Source: an uncultured Clostridia bacterium (GTDB lineage Bacteria > Bacillota > Clostridia > Oscillospirales > Acutalibacteraceae). Taken from it: a stretch of DNA of 64,000 bases. The stretch is from NCBI GenBank assembly GCA_946185345.1, contig CAMHJC010000001.1:486-64485 (forward strand), in the 5' to 3' direction. The notes beneath the pieces were generated by a model, which had not been told where the DNA came from, made no database searches, and saw only the letters and a program-made list of their open reading frames with translations. The position numbers were made by a program, and so were the translations under genes. Of the stretch, positions 9,901 to 17,748 are shown piece by piece (within the stretch, counting starts at the first letter, position 1; each line of letters starts with the position of its first letter).

Positions 9901-11554
9901 CTCTGTCAGTAACCTTGACGGAAAGCTCCGCACTGCTGTTGAAGTATCCTTTTTCACAGTCGGCGGGAGAATTGGGATCAATCACTGCCTCCGGCTTGGT
10001 CTTGTCAAAGGCGATAACGAGATTGACCGACTTACCGTCAACCTTTACTTCACGCCAGCCAAAGTAGAAAATTCTGATTTTTTTGACGGTGCAGTCAGAT
10101 GTGATGACATACGAATTGTTTGCGCCCAAAAAATTGTGGATTTTCTTTGTTTCCTTGTCGGTGGTAACCTCAAACGCCACGTAATCCTTTGCGTTGAAGG
10201 TGACCTGCTTATCCTTGGCAAAAACATACTGGTTCTTGGCGCTGTTGAATTTGATACATTCGCTGCCGTTCCACTGAATCTGGCTGAAATCCATCGCCTC
10301 GGCTTTTTCAAACTTCACAGTGACAGCCTTATCCTCTGTTATTTTGCTGAGCTTGAGGGTCAGGTTGTTGTTGGCAAAATTCTCGTCAGGAGAAAGACTG
10401 TCCAGTTTGACCGCCTCTCCGTTGACGGAAACCGAGCTGACAACATAACCCGAATCAGGGATCAGTTTGACTGTAACCTCGGAATCGTCCCCATGCTCGA
10501 TCTGATTTCTGTCAATGGACACTTTGCCGTGTTCGCCCGATTCGGCGGTGATGTAGTACAGCTTGGCAACAAATCTGACTCTGACGGAAAAGTCCTTGTC
10601 CGAAGGCATGGAGAATTCATACTCGGTCTTGTTTCTGTCGGAATTTTCATTGTCGTCTGACTTCTTAAAGAGATCCTGGCCTTCGGGATGCGCTTCGTTA
10701 TAAACGATCACTCTGGAGATGCGCTTGCCTGCCTTTGCGGCAACCTTGACTTCGACTTCAGAGCCGGCCTTGGCGGAAACGCTGCCTATAGGACAATTGG
10801 CGGAATAATCGACAATTGTACCCTTCTGGCTGTCATATCGGATAGCGGCAACGTCTGTCTTCTCAAATTCCGTCTTGACCGTGGTATCGTCCGTTACGGT
10901 CAATGTTTCCTCGTACTTGGACTCGCCAAAGGTTTTGTCCTCGCCGTTGACTCTGATGCGAACGATGCGGTAGCCTTCCTTGGCGGTGACAGTCACCTTC
11001 GCCTTGACTCCGGTTTCGGATTCAAGCACGAAATCCTTACTCTTGGCCTCGCTGCCGTCTATCGCAAATGTACCCTGATCATCATTGCCCGTGACGGTCA
11101 GTTTGACATCTTTGGTAAACTTCACATCGACCTGCGTATCGGATTCCGCCTTGAAGCTGACTTGATTATCCTCAACCTTCAGGCTTTTGTCGCCGACGGT
11201 AACGCCTGCGATTTTCCATCCGCTGTCAGGTGTGAGCTTAAGCAGAACATCGGCGTCCTTCTGTAAGTTGGAAAGATCTGCGGTTTCACCGTTGACCGTC
11301 GCGGTAACAGAGCCTTTGCCCGTCTTATTCACGGTAACCTTCACCGCTGCCGAGACTTCAGGTTCTCCGCCTTCAGCAGGCTGGATTTCCGGAGTTTCTT
11401 CGGCATTGGCTTCTTTGGCTTCCTCTGTGGCGGGAGCCAAAGGTTCGGTGTCCGGACTTGCCCAGACTGTCGAAGGCATTGAGCCGACCAGCAGCATGAG
11501 AGCAAGCGCCGCAGACAATACCCTGTGAACAGTCTTGAACTTCAGTTCCTTCAT
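3992..11554 (-). CDS. Giant (2520 aa) surface protein with many Ig-like fold repeats, N-terminal signal peptide and C-terminal membrane anchor
   Basis: ATG 11554 follows GAGGAGA (complement of 11561-11567). The track start at 11620 adds 22 aa and has no RBS. Signal peptide is MKELKFKTVHRVLSAALALMLLVGSMPSTVWA. The linker motif [VI]D-x-[TKD]-x-P recurs at least 14 times (VDKTAPTG, IDMTKPTV, IDTTAPVI, IDVTNPTV and others), separating beta-rich modules with D.AGN motifs. C-terminal TM is LFIGSIVGVSVLLLGLIIFLLF followed by RRRK. No LPXTG motif. Confidence 0.85.
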   Translation of the reverse strand: MKELKFKTVHRVLSAALALMLLVGSMPSTVWASPDTEPLAPATEEAKEANAEETPEIQPAEGGEPEVSAAVKVTVNKTGKGSVTATVNGETADLSNLQKDADVLLKLTPDSGWKIAGVTVGDKSLKVEDNQVSFKAESDTQVDVKFTKDVKLTVTGNDDQGTFAIDGSEAKSKDFVLESETGVKAKVTVTAKEGYRIVRIRVNGEDKTFGESKYEETLTVTDDTTVKTEFEKTDVAAIRYDSQKGTIVDYSANCPIGSVSAKAGSEVEVKVAAKAGKRISRVIVYNEAHPEGQDLFKKSDDNENSDRNKTEYEFSMPSDKDFSVRVRFVAKLYYITAESGEHGKVSIDRNQIEHGDDSEVTVKLIPDSGYVVSSVSVNGEAVKLDSLSPDENFANNNLTLKLSKITEDKAVTVKFEKAEAMDFSQIQWNGSECIKFNSAKNQYVFAKDKQVTFNAKDYVAFEVTTDKETKKIHNFLGANNSYVITSDCTVKKIRIFYFGWREVKVDGKSVNLVIAFDKTKPEAVIDPNSPADCEKGYFNSSAELSVKVTDREISSDLSYVKYWIETGAGKTEATTLFTYDGEEVSVFEDSVTLSEAEYGNVENVVVYVEAADRAGNVVTAKQAVHINSKKPEIAVSVEGGKHEEGLANYYNGERTGTVTITDSDDCFNPSAVKVTAKINNASHDVVVTWKDKVGTFTLSEEGKYTDFTVTYTNKAGMSADPVSQATFVIDKTAPTGSISVNGLTWSKIAAAGEFQYDVFVNKPVTAEVTDAKDDLSEIQYIKYYKTDAEEAILGEDLETLYKEGKFSDDSFIFTQDEQFTVYARITDKAGNTLYISTSGVIIDMTKPTVSIKKLQEPNSNGFFHSDVNFRLTVQDPEENKAHSGIKSVRYYVIKDYDESKTAKDQIKSATKTGEVKIDDPLLVDESLVVTADDNTTRNLRVVVVAEDKAGNVIVSASDAVAINSQKPEVTASFDTKGKVTSVDGVDYYKDGRTLVLTYTDEEFTFDQKAAQDGIVITALDAAGKTVAIDKASMISWENKGKTHTATVRFKADANYTVKVSYTNKADVSLVKEPVVTPFTVDTVAPTGKMTVKGKTKDEQSIWEKTWDAIVSFVTFGLYSHDTITVTAEAEDATTTARIEYCKTNTPVVADTEESARAALDKLTFKEYKAPLEFDSSKEKENFIVYLKLTDTVGNYRYIIPDQGFIIDNDPPSVTITPEESKESYNGDVNVIIDVVDQHSAQAYSGIKTISYWVTADGQTTQEKETIDLQTEKPGKYTVNLVVSADSNNSSDVVVHALATDYCGNTSKEAMFGLDIDTTAPVIDVQFTDDRKNEDASDGYFTGRTAEVTITERTVHFNPETATSGIKNKTKALDHNGNVIDGAYEISEWETTEVAGKPDEATHKATVTFNKDAKYTFGVSFSDNTGNAAESFEESFTVDNKAPTLTVEPVEKQDIYNGDVEVKIAASDLFDNLPSSRIKQISYKVIPDDQEATQSVTRAPDSDEDAFTITVDSQLNNSSNVVVYVEAMDNAGNISSAELALDIDVTNPTVSVKFNNEAPYQVIDGRSYFAAERTATVTITERSNHFDPDAAVITVEAKDYKKNDVENTYEIVKNDDGGVKWVTTKGATPDEDTHVAVINFSGDANYTFGVDFTDMAKNPVVEKYNSLFTVDKTDPEGTIIAQAGEEGTKPQSWIENSTEMLFSLWSTISISFTKKASDLTAGVDSVKYYIDYFENGTRLNGEAESKYSDEELTALEKSGRIEWMDYEDFSIKAKEGNRHFVVYLKVTDRSGNFIYLSTDGLIVDDQLPEFESVAPIITLEPRKQPVNGIYNDDVRVDVTVVDPSKDNVYSGLKSVTYKVENLDNVKNNQETQKGKLFEFKGTLTQSSISAARTFKTTNDNFINVDKNKNNSNNVRITVYAVDNAGNKSEKSVDVKIDITKPEMTVSYDNNNVDSGKYFKANRTATIVVKERNFDPNAVKLSISNPHGFIPKLSGWKTVTAGGNGDGTTHTATLVYSEDGDYTFSMNCTDLAGNFNDKVSYNGVVPTEFTVDKTIPVVSVSYNVSGSTKKDSYFSTVVTATITIKEHNFSTDRIKTEITAIDRGSSKAAPSVSGWRNNGDVHTATVTFSNDAHYTFDIDFTDLAGNAAKDYEKDSFYVDRTSPEVIISVPAKPSNGDVRPSVVVKDTNLNKDNISVVLTKMDKQKKVSYSRSAKFNGEYEYDINYDNFTEEQSVDGIYKITATAKDKAGNSKTDSKVFYVNRFGSVYELSGIEDINNNYNQAGKDLVVTESVFGKLTDYSLELVKNDEHFVLEEDADYDLNVIDKGGRSSYTYSIHRDLFEDNGKYTLFFSSKDSAGNSNENIDEGKDAEISFIIDKLPPSIIPTNIESGETYASDGRNVAIEIKDNIALDTVRIYLIKGDKADDTRCTSGNEVKYETVGDLYKFNVPQSTEKQTLMIVAKDRSGRTKFENVEGFLITTNIFARWYNNTPLFIGSIVGVSVLLLGLIIFLLFGRRRKSESEE

Positions 11555-11684
11555 TGTTTTTCTCCTCACTTTTAGATTTTTTTGTACCGGGTTTCCGAAA
11601 AGCCGGCATGCGCACGACAAAACCTGCGGCGGGCAACCGCAAGCCTGTCACGGCCATTCTGCCGCTTTTGGAACATGAGCCGGG

Positions 11685-12206
11685 CTATCTGCGCCACAGC
11701 CTTCGCGCAAAAGCGGCAAGCTTTTCAAAAATCAGTACTGTATACTTATCATTTCTTCCGCTGTGCAGGATCACTCCCTCGAGCGAAAGAAACAAAAGCC
11801 ATAAATCAAGAATCACGGGTGTTATCCCGCTGACATTTTTCGCAATCATCACCGCCAGGATGAAGACCGCGGATACGAGCAAAAGTCCCCATGACATGGC
11901 CCGTCGGCCGGGCATGCGGAAGGCCGCTCCGGCATGTGGATGACCGGACGCTTTCGGTTCGGTCAGACGGCGCAGTCTGACGGTGGCGGCGCAGAAAACG
12001 GTGCCGCAGATCAGTCCTGCCCAGAAGATGCCGGCCGCAATGTACAACGCGGCGGAATGTTCATTGGTTTCCACCGAAATCACCAGCGGAATCAGCAGAA
12101 TCGAACAAACCGATACAAAATAGCCTGCCGCGGCAAGGGCATAATACAGCAGATGCCGCCTTTTGAGGGAGGATTCACTCTTATTGGTTTGATTGCTCAA
12201 GCGCAA
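11685..12206 (-). CDS. Hypothetical polytopic membrane protein (about 4 TM)
   Basis: 173-aa ORF with hydrophobic segments YYALAAAGYFVSVCSILLIPLVI, LYIAAGIFWAGLICGTVFCA, WGLLLVSAVFILAVMIA and ILDLWLLFLSL. It begins 4 nt after the upstream gene ends. No family recognised. Confidence 0.55.
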   Translation of the reverse strand: MRLSNQTNKSESSLKRRHLLYYALAAAGYFVSVCSILLIPLVISVETNEHSAALYIAAGIFWAGLICGTVFCAATVRLRRLTEPKASGHPHAGAAFRMPGRRAMSWGLLLVSAVFILAVMIAKNVSGITPVILDLWLLFLSLEGVILHSGRNDKYTVLIFEKLAAFARRLWRR

Positions 12207-12210
12207 CGCC

Positions 12211-13017
12211 TCATTCTATAACTTCGTCAGTGTGTATTTCCACCATGCTTCTCACTATGCGGAAGGAAACGGCGGCAGGATTGACGGGCTGCTCGGATAC
12301 GCCTTCCAGCACGGTAGTGCCTGCGCCCCGGTCTTCCCCGGAAAGCTCCGTGAGCTCCACGGCATCCGAGCCGGTGAGCAGAGCGGTTCCCTCTTCGTGG
12401 AGAGCCTCTTTGCTTCCCGTGAGAAGGGCGGTTCCTTCATCGGAGCAGATGCCTTTGGTGCTGTTGCCCGTGAGCAACGCCGTACCTTCCTGATCGTCAT
12501 CCGGCGCACCCATCGTTTCATATTCATTAGGTTCGGGAAGCTTCTGTGTCGGGGGACGGTTGGAAATTGCGGACTTTTCTCCGTAAAGCTCGCCGGTGGT
12601 CGGCTCCTCTTCCTCCGCAGAATAACCCGCCTGTTTAAACGCCTGCGGATTCAGCGATTCGCTGGTCTTGTCGAGTCTCTTTGAAGCGTGCGCAACAGGA
12701 ACGGCGCCGGGGGCCGGTACTCCGTATGCCTGAACGGAAGGCGCGGACATATTGGACGGCATGGCGCCTGAATTGCCGACCTGCTGTGTCAGCTTGCCTC
12801 TGGCAGCATTGACGCTGCTCGGACGGTGAAGCTTGGCGCCGCTCGCCGAATTATTCTCACGCATGGCCTTGATCTCACGGGCGACTGTTTTGCCCGTAAG
12901 ATCACCGATAACGGACGGAATCTTAAGCTTGATGAATATCAGGATTGCCGCTATCAGCGCTATTCCCGACAGCAAAAAGCCTACTATCGAAATGATATTC
13001 CAGGTTTGTGCGCTCAT
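12211..13017 (-). CDS. Bitopic membrane protein with a disordered tail carrying reiterated E-G-T-A-L-L-T-G motifs
   Basis: N-terminal TM is IISIVGFLLSGIALIAAILIFI. The Pro/Ser-rich tail has 3 x EGTALLTG and 1 x AGTTVLEG (aa 177-239). It is 2 nt from the kinase gene stop. Confidence 0.7.
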   Translation of the reverse strand: MSAQTWNIISIVGFLLSGIALIAAILIFIKLKIPSVIGDLTGKTVAREIKAMRENNSASGAKLHRPSSVNAARGKLTQQVGNSGAMPSNMSAPSVQAYGVPAPGAVPVAHASKRLDKTSESLNPQAFKQAGYSAEEEEPTTGELYGEKSAISNRPPTQKLPEPNEYETMGAPDDDQEGTALLTGNSTKGICSDEGTALLTGSKEALHEEGTALLTGSDAVELTELSGEDRGAGTTVLEGVSEQPVNPAAVSFRIVRSMVEIHTDEVIE

Positions 13018-13019
13018 AA

Positions 13020-14783
13020 TCAGTTCTCCTTATTTTTAAATGCGTTGGCAATGGCTTTTCTGGCGACGGGCAGTTTCTCCTTGACCTTGTCTACTTTAGG
13101 ATTAAAGCTCTCGTCGTTGGACGTTACTTCGTCAATCTCCCTCAGATAATCCTCCACAGAATCCAGAAGATCGGTCATTTCTTTCCTGGACACGTTATCT
13201 CTGCTGAATTTATGGGCATACTGAATGATGGTCGACACCGTCAGACGGCAGGCCTCCAGATCCATTACCTCATCGTCGGCATTGTCTTTTCTGGCTTCTT
13301 CCACAATCAGGCTGATATTCTTCCACTGATTTTTAAAGGTATTCTGCGGAATATCTCCTTCTTCAAGCTGGAACTCGATCGAAGAGATGAAATCACCGGT
13401 CTGGTTAAAGAGCTTTGCCTTGTAATAAAATTCGTCGCTCTTGGAAGAATGTGATACGGCTTCGCCGAACCAATAGGTGGCGCTTTTTCTGCGGGTGATA
13501 TCGTTTTCGGAACTGTTCCCGTTCTCATCCTGGCCGTAATCATAATAACCCCAGTACAGCTTTCCGATCTCATAAGAAAGCTTGCCGTAAAAATCGGTTT
13601 TATTGAGCCAGCTGAGGCTTCCCTGTTTATTGTCGGATTGATTGGTGTCCTGATTTTCGTCATCCTTGAGGTGCAGCACATTCAGCAGCACCTTCTCCTC
13701 ATCCTGGGTGAAGGATCTGTCTGCCTTAAAGGTATCGATCAGTGTGAAATAGGCATCGCTTCTGTCGGGAATGATTTTGATGGCGTTGGTGTAGTACTCC
13801 ACCTTTTTATCGTAATCGCTTTCCTCATTGCCGAGCCGGAAATTATTGTCGTAGTCCTTGTCGTTGATATATGTCTTCATGACAAGACCGACAATGCCCA
13901 CTATCAGAAACAGCAGGCAGGCGGCAGAAGTCGCAATGAAGGCCCCCAGCTTTTTCTTTTGAATTTTTCTGTACGCTGCGCCGTTTTCATGATAATGCTG
14001 CAGCGCATAAAGCAGCTCGGCGCATGACTGGTATCTGTCATTGGGATTGAGCTGTGTACACTTTTCGATAATGGCCTCAAAGCCCGGATCGAGCTGCGGA
14101 TTCCAGTATCGGATGGGATAGATTTCATAAGGCGGTTCACACGGATTTTTACCGGTAACCAGATGATACAGCGTAACGCCGAGACAGTACACATCGGTAC
14201 GGGCATCGGTCTGGCCCTTGCCTCCGAACTGTTCCGGAGCGGCATAGCCCTTGGTGCCGAGACTCACCGTATCGGCAAGGCTGTGATCCTTGTATTCACG
14301 GGCGATACCGAAGTCGATGATCTTGATGTTGCCGTCAGGTCTGAGCATGACGTTGGACGGCTTCATATCACGGTAAATGATAGGAGGCTTGCGGGTGTGG
14401 AGATACTCGAGCGCTTCGCATATCTGCATGGCCCACTCGATAACAAGCTCCTGAGGCTGCGCACCGTTCTGCTTGAGAATGGTGTTGAGCGTTTCGCCTT
14501 CTATGTAGTCCTCGATGATGTAAATGTAATTCGGATCCTCTAAGATATCCACGATTCGCACGATGGCGGTATGATCCAGCTGCTTAATCATATTGGCCTC
14601 GGCAATGGCGCTCTGGACAACGATTTCGTTGGCCTTGTCCCTCGTCTTTTTCGGCACTATCTTGATGGCCCACTGTTTATTGAGGCGCCTGTCTCTTGCG
14701 AGAAACACCTCGGACATGCCGCCTTTGCCTATCGACGTAAGTATTTCGTACTTGTCGTCAATGACTTGTCCCACAAAGTTCAA
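13020..14783 (-). CDS. Transmembrane Hanks-type Ser/Thr protein kinase with helical (TPR-like) extracytoplasmic domain
   Basis: G-loop GKGGMSEV, WAIK lysine, catalytic loop YRDMKPSN, DFG, AAPE. One TM (FIATSAACLLFLIVGIVGLV). About 290-aa C-terminal non-PASTA domain. Confidence 0.9.
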   Translation of the reverse strand: MNFVGQVIDDKYEILTSIGKGGMSEVFLARDRRLNKQWAIKIVPKKTRDKANEIVVQSAIAEANMIKQLDHTAIVRIVDILEDPNYIYIIEDYIEGETLNTILKQNGAQPQELVIEWAMQICEALEYLHTRKPPIIYRDMKPSNVMLRPDGNIKIIDFGIAREYKDHSLADTVSLGTKGYAAPEQFGGKGQTDARTDVYCLGVTLYHLVTGKNPCEPPYEIYPIRYWNPQLDPGFEAIIEKCTQLNPNDRYQSCAELLYALQHYHENGAAYRKIQKKKLGAFIATSAACLLFLIVGIVGLVMKTYINDKDYDNNFRLGNEESDYDKKVEYYTNAIKIIPDRSDAYFTLIDTFKADRSFTQDEEKVLLNVLHLKDDENQDTNQSDNKQGSLSWLNKTDFYGKLSYEIGKLYWGYYDYGQDENGNSSENDITRRKSATYWFGEAVSHSSKSDEFYYKAKLFNQTGDFISSIEFQLEEGDIPQNTFKNQWKNISLIVEEARKDNADDEVMDLEACRLTVSTIIQYAHKFSRDNVSRKEMTDLLDSVEDYLREIDEVTSNDESFNPKVDKVKEKLPVARKAIANAFKNKEN

Positions 14784-14798
14784 TGCTCTTCAACCTCC

Positions 14799-15572
14799 TC
14801 AGACTGCCTTAATCAGCAAAGCCGTTATGTTGTCGTTTTCGTGACGGTATTTATTCAGATCAATCAGCTGCACGATATGCGACTCCATCTCCTGCTCTGA
14901 GTGATTGACAGACGGGCCGAGTGTCCTGGCAATTTCCTCCGCCGTGATCTCGTGGCGGAAGCCGTCCGAACAGAGCATATAACATTCTCCGGAATTCGCC
15001 CTGCCGTAATAGAAGGCCGGCTCGACTGTCCTTGAAGCGCCTACGCACTGAAGAAGCACATTCCGGCGGGGATCCTTTTCGGCCGCTTCGGGAGTAAGTC
15101 TGCCCTTCTGAATTTCTCTGGCGACAAGGGTCTGATCCTCGGTAAGCACTTCGGCGTTGGAATCGGTGATGCGGTAGGCTCTGGAATCGCCCACATGACC
15201 GATAATATACCTTCCGTTTTCGAGAATCAGCATGGCGGTCACGGTAGAACCCAGCTGAATGCGAAAACGCTCACCGTATTCCGAAATAATCTGATTCTGC
15301 TGCCGGATCATCCTTCCCCATGAATAGGCCACGTCTCCGATGACGTTATCGCCTGAGAGAAATGCAGGGAATTCATTTTCGAACCAGTCGCAGAAAGCTT
15401 TGATCACGGCAGCGCTCGCCACTTCGCCCTTGGACAATCCGCCCATACCGTCACAAATGACTGCGAGAAGGATATTTCCCTTGTCGGTGACGGCCTGCTT
15501 GATGCAGCAGCTATCCTGATTTGTTTTTTTCTGAATGCCTACGTCTGTACTTAACGAGAGGTTAAATTCCAT
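14799..15572 (-). CDS. PP2C-family Ser/Thr phosphatase
   Basis: Motifs TDVGIQKKTNQDS, CDGMGG, VGDSRAY, LCSDGF and DNITALLI. Confidence 0.9.
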   Translation of the reverse strand: MEFNLSLSTDVGIQKKTNQDSCCIKQAVTDKGNILLAVICDGMGGLSKGEVASAAVIKAFCDWFENEFPAFLSGDNVIGDVAYSWGRMIRQQNQIISEYGERFRIQLGSTVTAMLILENGRYIIGHVGDSRAYRITDSNAEVLTEDQTLVAREIQKGRLTPEAAEKDPRRNVLLQCVGASRTVEPAFYYGRANSGECYMLCSDGFRHEITAEEIARTLGPSVNHSEQEMESHIVQLIDLNKYRHENDNITALLIKAV

Positions 15573-15584
15573 TTAAACACCTGC

Positions 15585-16892
15585 TTATTCAACGTAAAAT
15601 GTAAATTTTTCATTTGCCAGAAGTATCTCAGAACCCGAAAAGACTTCCACTTCGGTTTCTCTTTTAATCACTCTGCCGTCAACATAGGTTTTGTTGGTGG
15701 AATTTTTATCCACCACATAGAAGTGATTTCCTCTGGTGACGATATCCGCATGGCTTCTGCTGACATAACTGTTGTCCGACACGAAATAATCGCAGTACTC
15801 TCTTTCGCTGCCTATGCGGAACACCGGTTTATCCACCGGTATTTTCTCACGGCTCTTTTCCCTGATAAGGTAAGGATAAGCCGGCGCAGGCAGTTCGTCA
15901 CACCCCAGCACCACGGTGCCTCGTCTCTCGTTGTATCCAAGAACAACCGTACCCGAAGGAGGCGCCTGGCCGGCCGCCGGATCGGGATCAATCTGATCCC
16001 GGACAGGTGTCGGAACCTGATTCCGTGTCTGAACAGGAGACGGAGCCGGAGTCTCAGCCGGAGTCTGAGCGGCGCCTTTGTCGGATACTCCGCCGGCGGT
16101 TCTGCCGCCGTTGACGCCGTTCGGTTTGACCAGCGGCTTGCCGCAGAAGGAACAGTAGCTGGATTCGATGGTGTTTTTTGTGCCGCAGTACATACAGAAA
16201 AGCGTGCGTCTTTTTTCTTCGATGATCTTTATCCTTCGCTTTTCGTCAAAGGGGTTGTATTCGATTCCCTGAGGAGTCTCACGGCTTTTCTGGTCCTTCG
16301 GTTTTTCTCTGAGCTGATCGGAAGGCGCCTGATAACTGTATTCTTCTTTTCTGCCCATCAGATACTTAATCAGACGCTGGAAATTATTGATGGAAAAAGG
16401 CGCTCCGCTGCTGAAGAAGGCGTAATAGCTGTTGAGAAAGCCCATGTTTTCTCCCGGAATGAAGCTGAAAAACCCCGGCAGCTGATGAAAGAACAAGCCC
16501 TTTTCCTCGTAATTATAATTATTCAGAACCGGCCAAAGTATACATCTGACGGTACCCTGCGGATCAAGAAAAATTCTGTCCGGATCCAGGTCAATATGAT
16601 TGCTGCTCAGTCCCAGATCCTCACATTTTTTGATGATATTGATCAGCTGATCCACTACCTTGAGGAAGTAGGTTTTGTTGACAGAGTACCCGTTATTGTG
16701 CGACACAGGATTCAGTCCCTGCACAATACACTCAAGCACGGTTGTCTTGCCGCTCTTTTTTACGATGACCGGCAAAAAGGCCCCCAGCGAAGAGCTTACA
16801 TTCAGTTCCCGTTCATATAATACTTCAGGATATGTAAATTTATTTGTTATGATGATTCTGCCTGATGTGATTTTTGTCGTTATTTTACTCAA
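15585..16892 (-). CDS. Pseudokinase-like N-domain + zinc-ribbon + Pro-rich linker + C-terminal FHA domain protein
   Basis: The N-domain has a degenerate catalytic-loop-like stretch NHIDLDPDRIFLDPQGTVRCILWP. Zn ribbon is CMYCGTKNTIESSYCSFCG. The linker carries SGTVVLG and RGTVVLG. FHA motifs are FRIGSE, SRSHA and STNKTYVDG. Confidence 0.8.
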   Translation of the reverse strand: MSKITTKITSGRIIITNKFTYPEVLYERELNVSSSLGAFLPVIVKKSGKTTVLECIVQGLNPVSHNNGYSVNKTYFLKVVDQLINIIKKCEDLGLSSNHIDLDPDRIFLDPQGTVRCILWPVLNNYNYEEKGLFFHQLPGFFSFIPGENMGFLNSYYAFFSSGAPFSINNFQRLIKYLMGRKEEYSYQAPSDQLREKPKDQKSRETPQGIEYNPFDEKRRIKIIEEKRRTLFCMYCGTKNTIESSYCSFCGKPLVKPNGVNGGRTAGGVSDKGAAQTPAETPAPSPVQTRNQVPTPVRDQIDPDPAAGQAPPSGTVVLGYNERRGTVVLGCDELPAPAYPYLIREKSREKIPVDKPVFRIGSEREYCDYFVSDNSYVSRSHADIVTRGNHFYVVDKNSTNKTYVDGRVIKRETEVEVFSGSEILLANEKFTFYVE

Positions 16893-16952
16893 TGGACATC
16901 ATCATTCCTTTATTCTGGCCTATAAATAGAGTTTGCCTGTCTTTCCGATCCG

Positions 16953-17270
16953 TCAGAACCATCTTCTGGACAGTCTTTCCGCTCTGTTGATCGCATTGAT
17001 CTGCGCATTCTTATACTGAGCGGCGGCAAACCGGAGGTATTCCGCATACGCAGTCAATGACTGTACCATAGCGGCATGCACTGAACTGCTATCATCTATC
17101 GTGTGCCATTTGGCCATGAACGCATCGTAATCAGAGCCTTTCCAGCCCGAAGAAAGCTCCTCCGCCGCCTGATTGGCTCTGTTCATGCCCTGATCGAGTT
17201 TTCTGACATATTCTTCAACTGCCTTGGCGGCGCCTTCAAAACAGCTGTGATCCACATAAATACTTGCCAT
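16953..17270 (-). CDS. WXG100-like small helical protein
   Basis: SGWKGS motif at mid-length. About 105 aa, predicted helix-turn-helix hairpin. ATG at 17270 is preferred (GAGGTG upstream); the track start is 17279. Confidence 0.7.
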   Translation of the reverse strand: MASIYVDHSCFEGAAKAVEEYVRKLDQGMNRANQAAEELSSGWKGSDYDAFMAKWHTIDDSSSVHAAMVQSLTAYAEYLRFAAAQYKNAQINAINRAERLSRRWF

Positions 17271-17296
17271 TTCATTCACCTCATATATATGCTGAA

Positions 17297-17602
17297 TTAC
17301 TTAAACGCATCCGCCAGGGATGTATTCTGCTCTTCAACGCTCACATAGCCTTTGGCTATCAGTTCATGAAGCGCATTGACATAATTCTGCATCGTATTGT
17401 ATCTCGGCTGGCGACAGCTTTTCATAATGCTTTTGAATGTCCCTATAGCGTGCTCCGCTGCGGGACCCTGCCATGATGAATCGAGCCTTGCCATACTATT
17501 CCTCATCACAGAATCGACATCATCGTCAAGCCTGCTGTTGATGACATCAATCGTACTTGCCGTAGAGTCAACAATGTCTGTATTGACATACATTTCGTCC
17601 AT
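17297..17602 (-). CDS. WXG100-like small helical protein
   Basis: SSWQGPAAE motif. The C-terminal EEQNTSLADAFK resembles the tail of the EsxA-like protein (AEAQNISIAEAFR). ATG 17602 follows GGGAGG. Confidence 0.7.
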   Translation of the reverse strand: MDEMYVNTDIVDSTASTIDVINSRLDDDVDSVMRNSMARLDSSWQGPAAEHAIGTFKSIMKSCRQPRYNTMQNYVNALHELIAKGYVSVEEQNTSLADAFK

Positions 17603-17748
17603 GATAATACCTCCCGTCAGTATTATTATCATACTTAATAACTATATCACAATATATCTGTTTTACTGTAAAATCGTATCATTGAATAACCGCATCATGG
17701 CAGCAGGTTATTGTATGCATACCATTTTACTCCAAAACAGCGGCGGAG

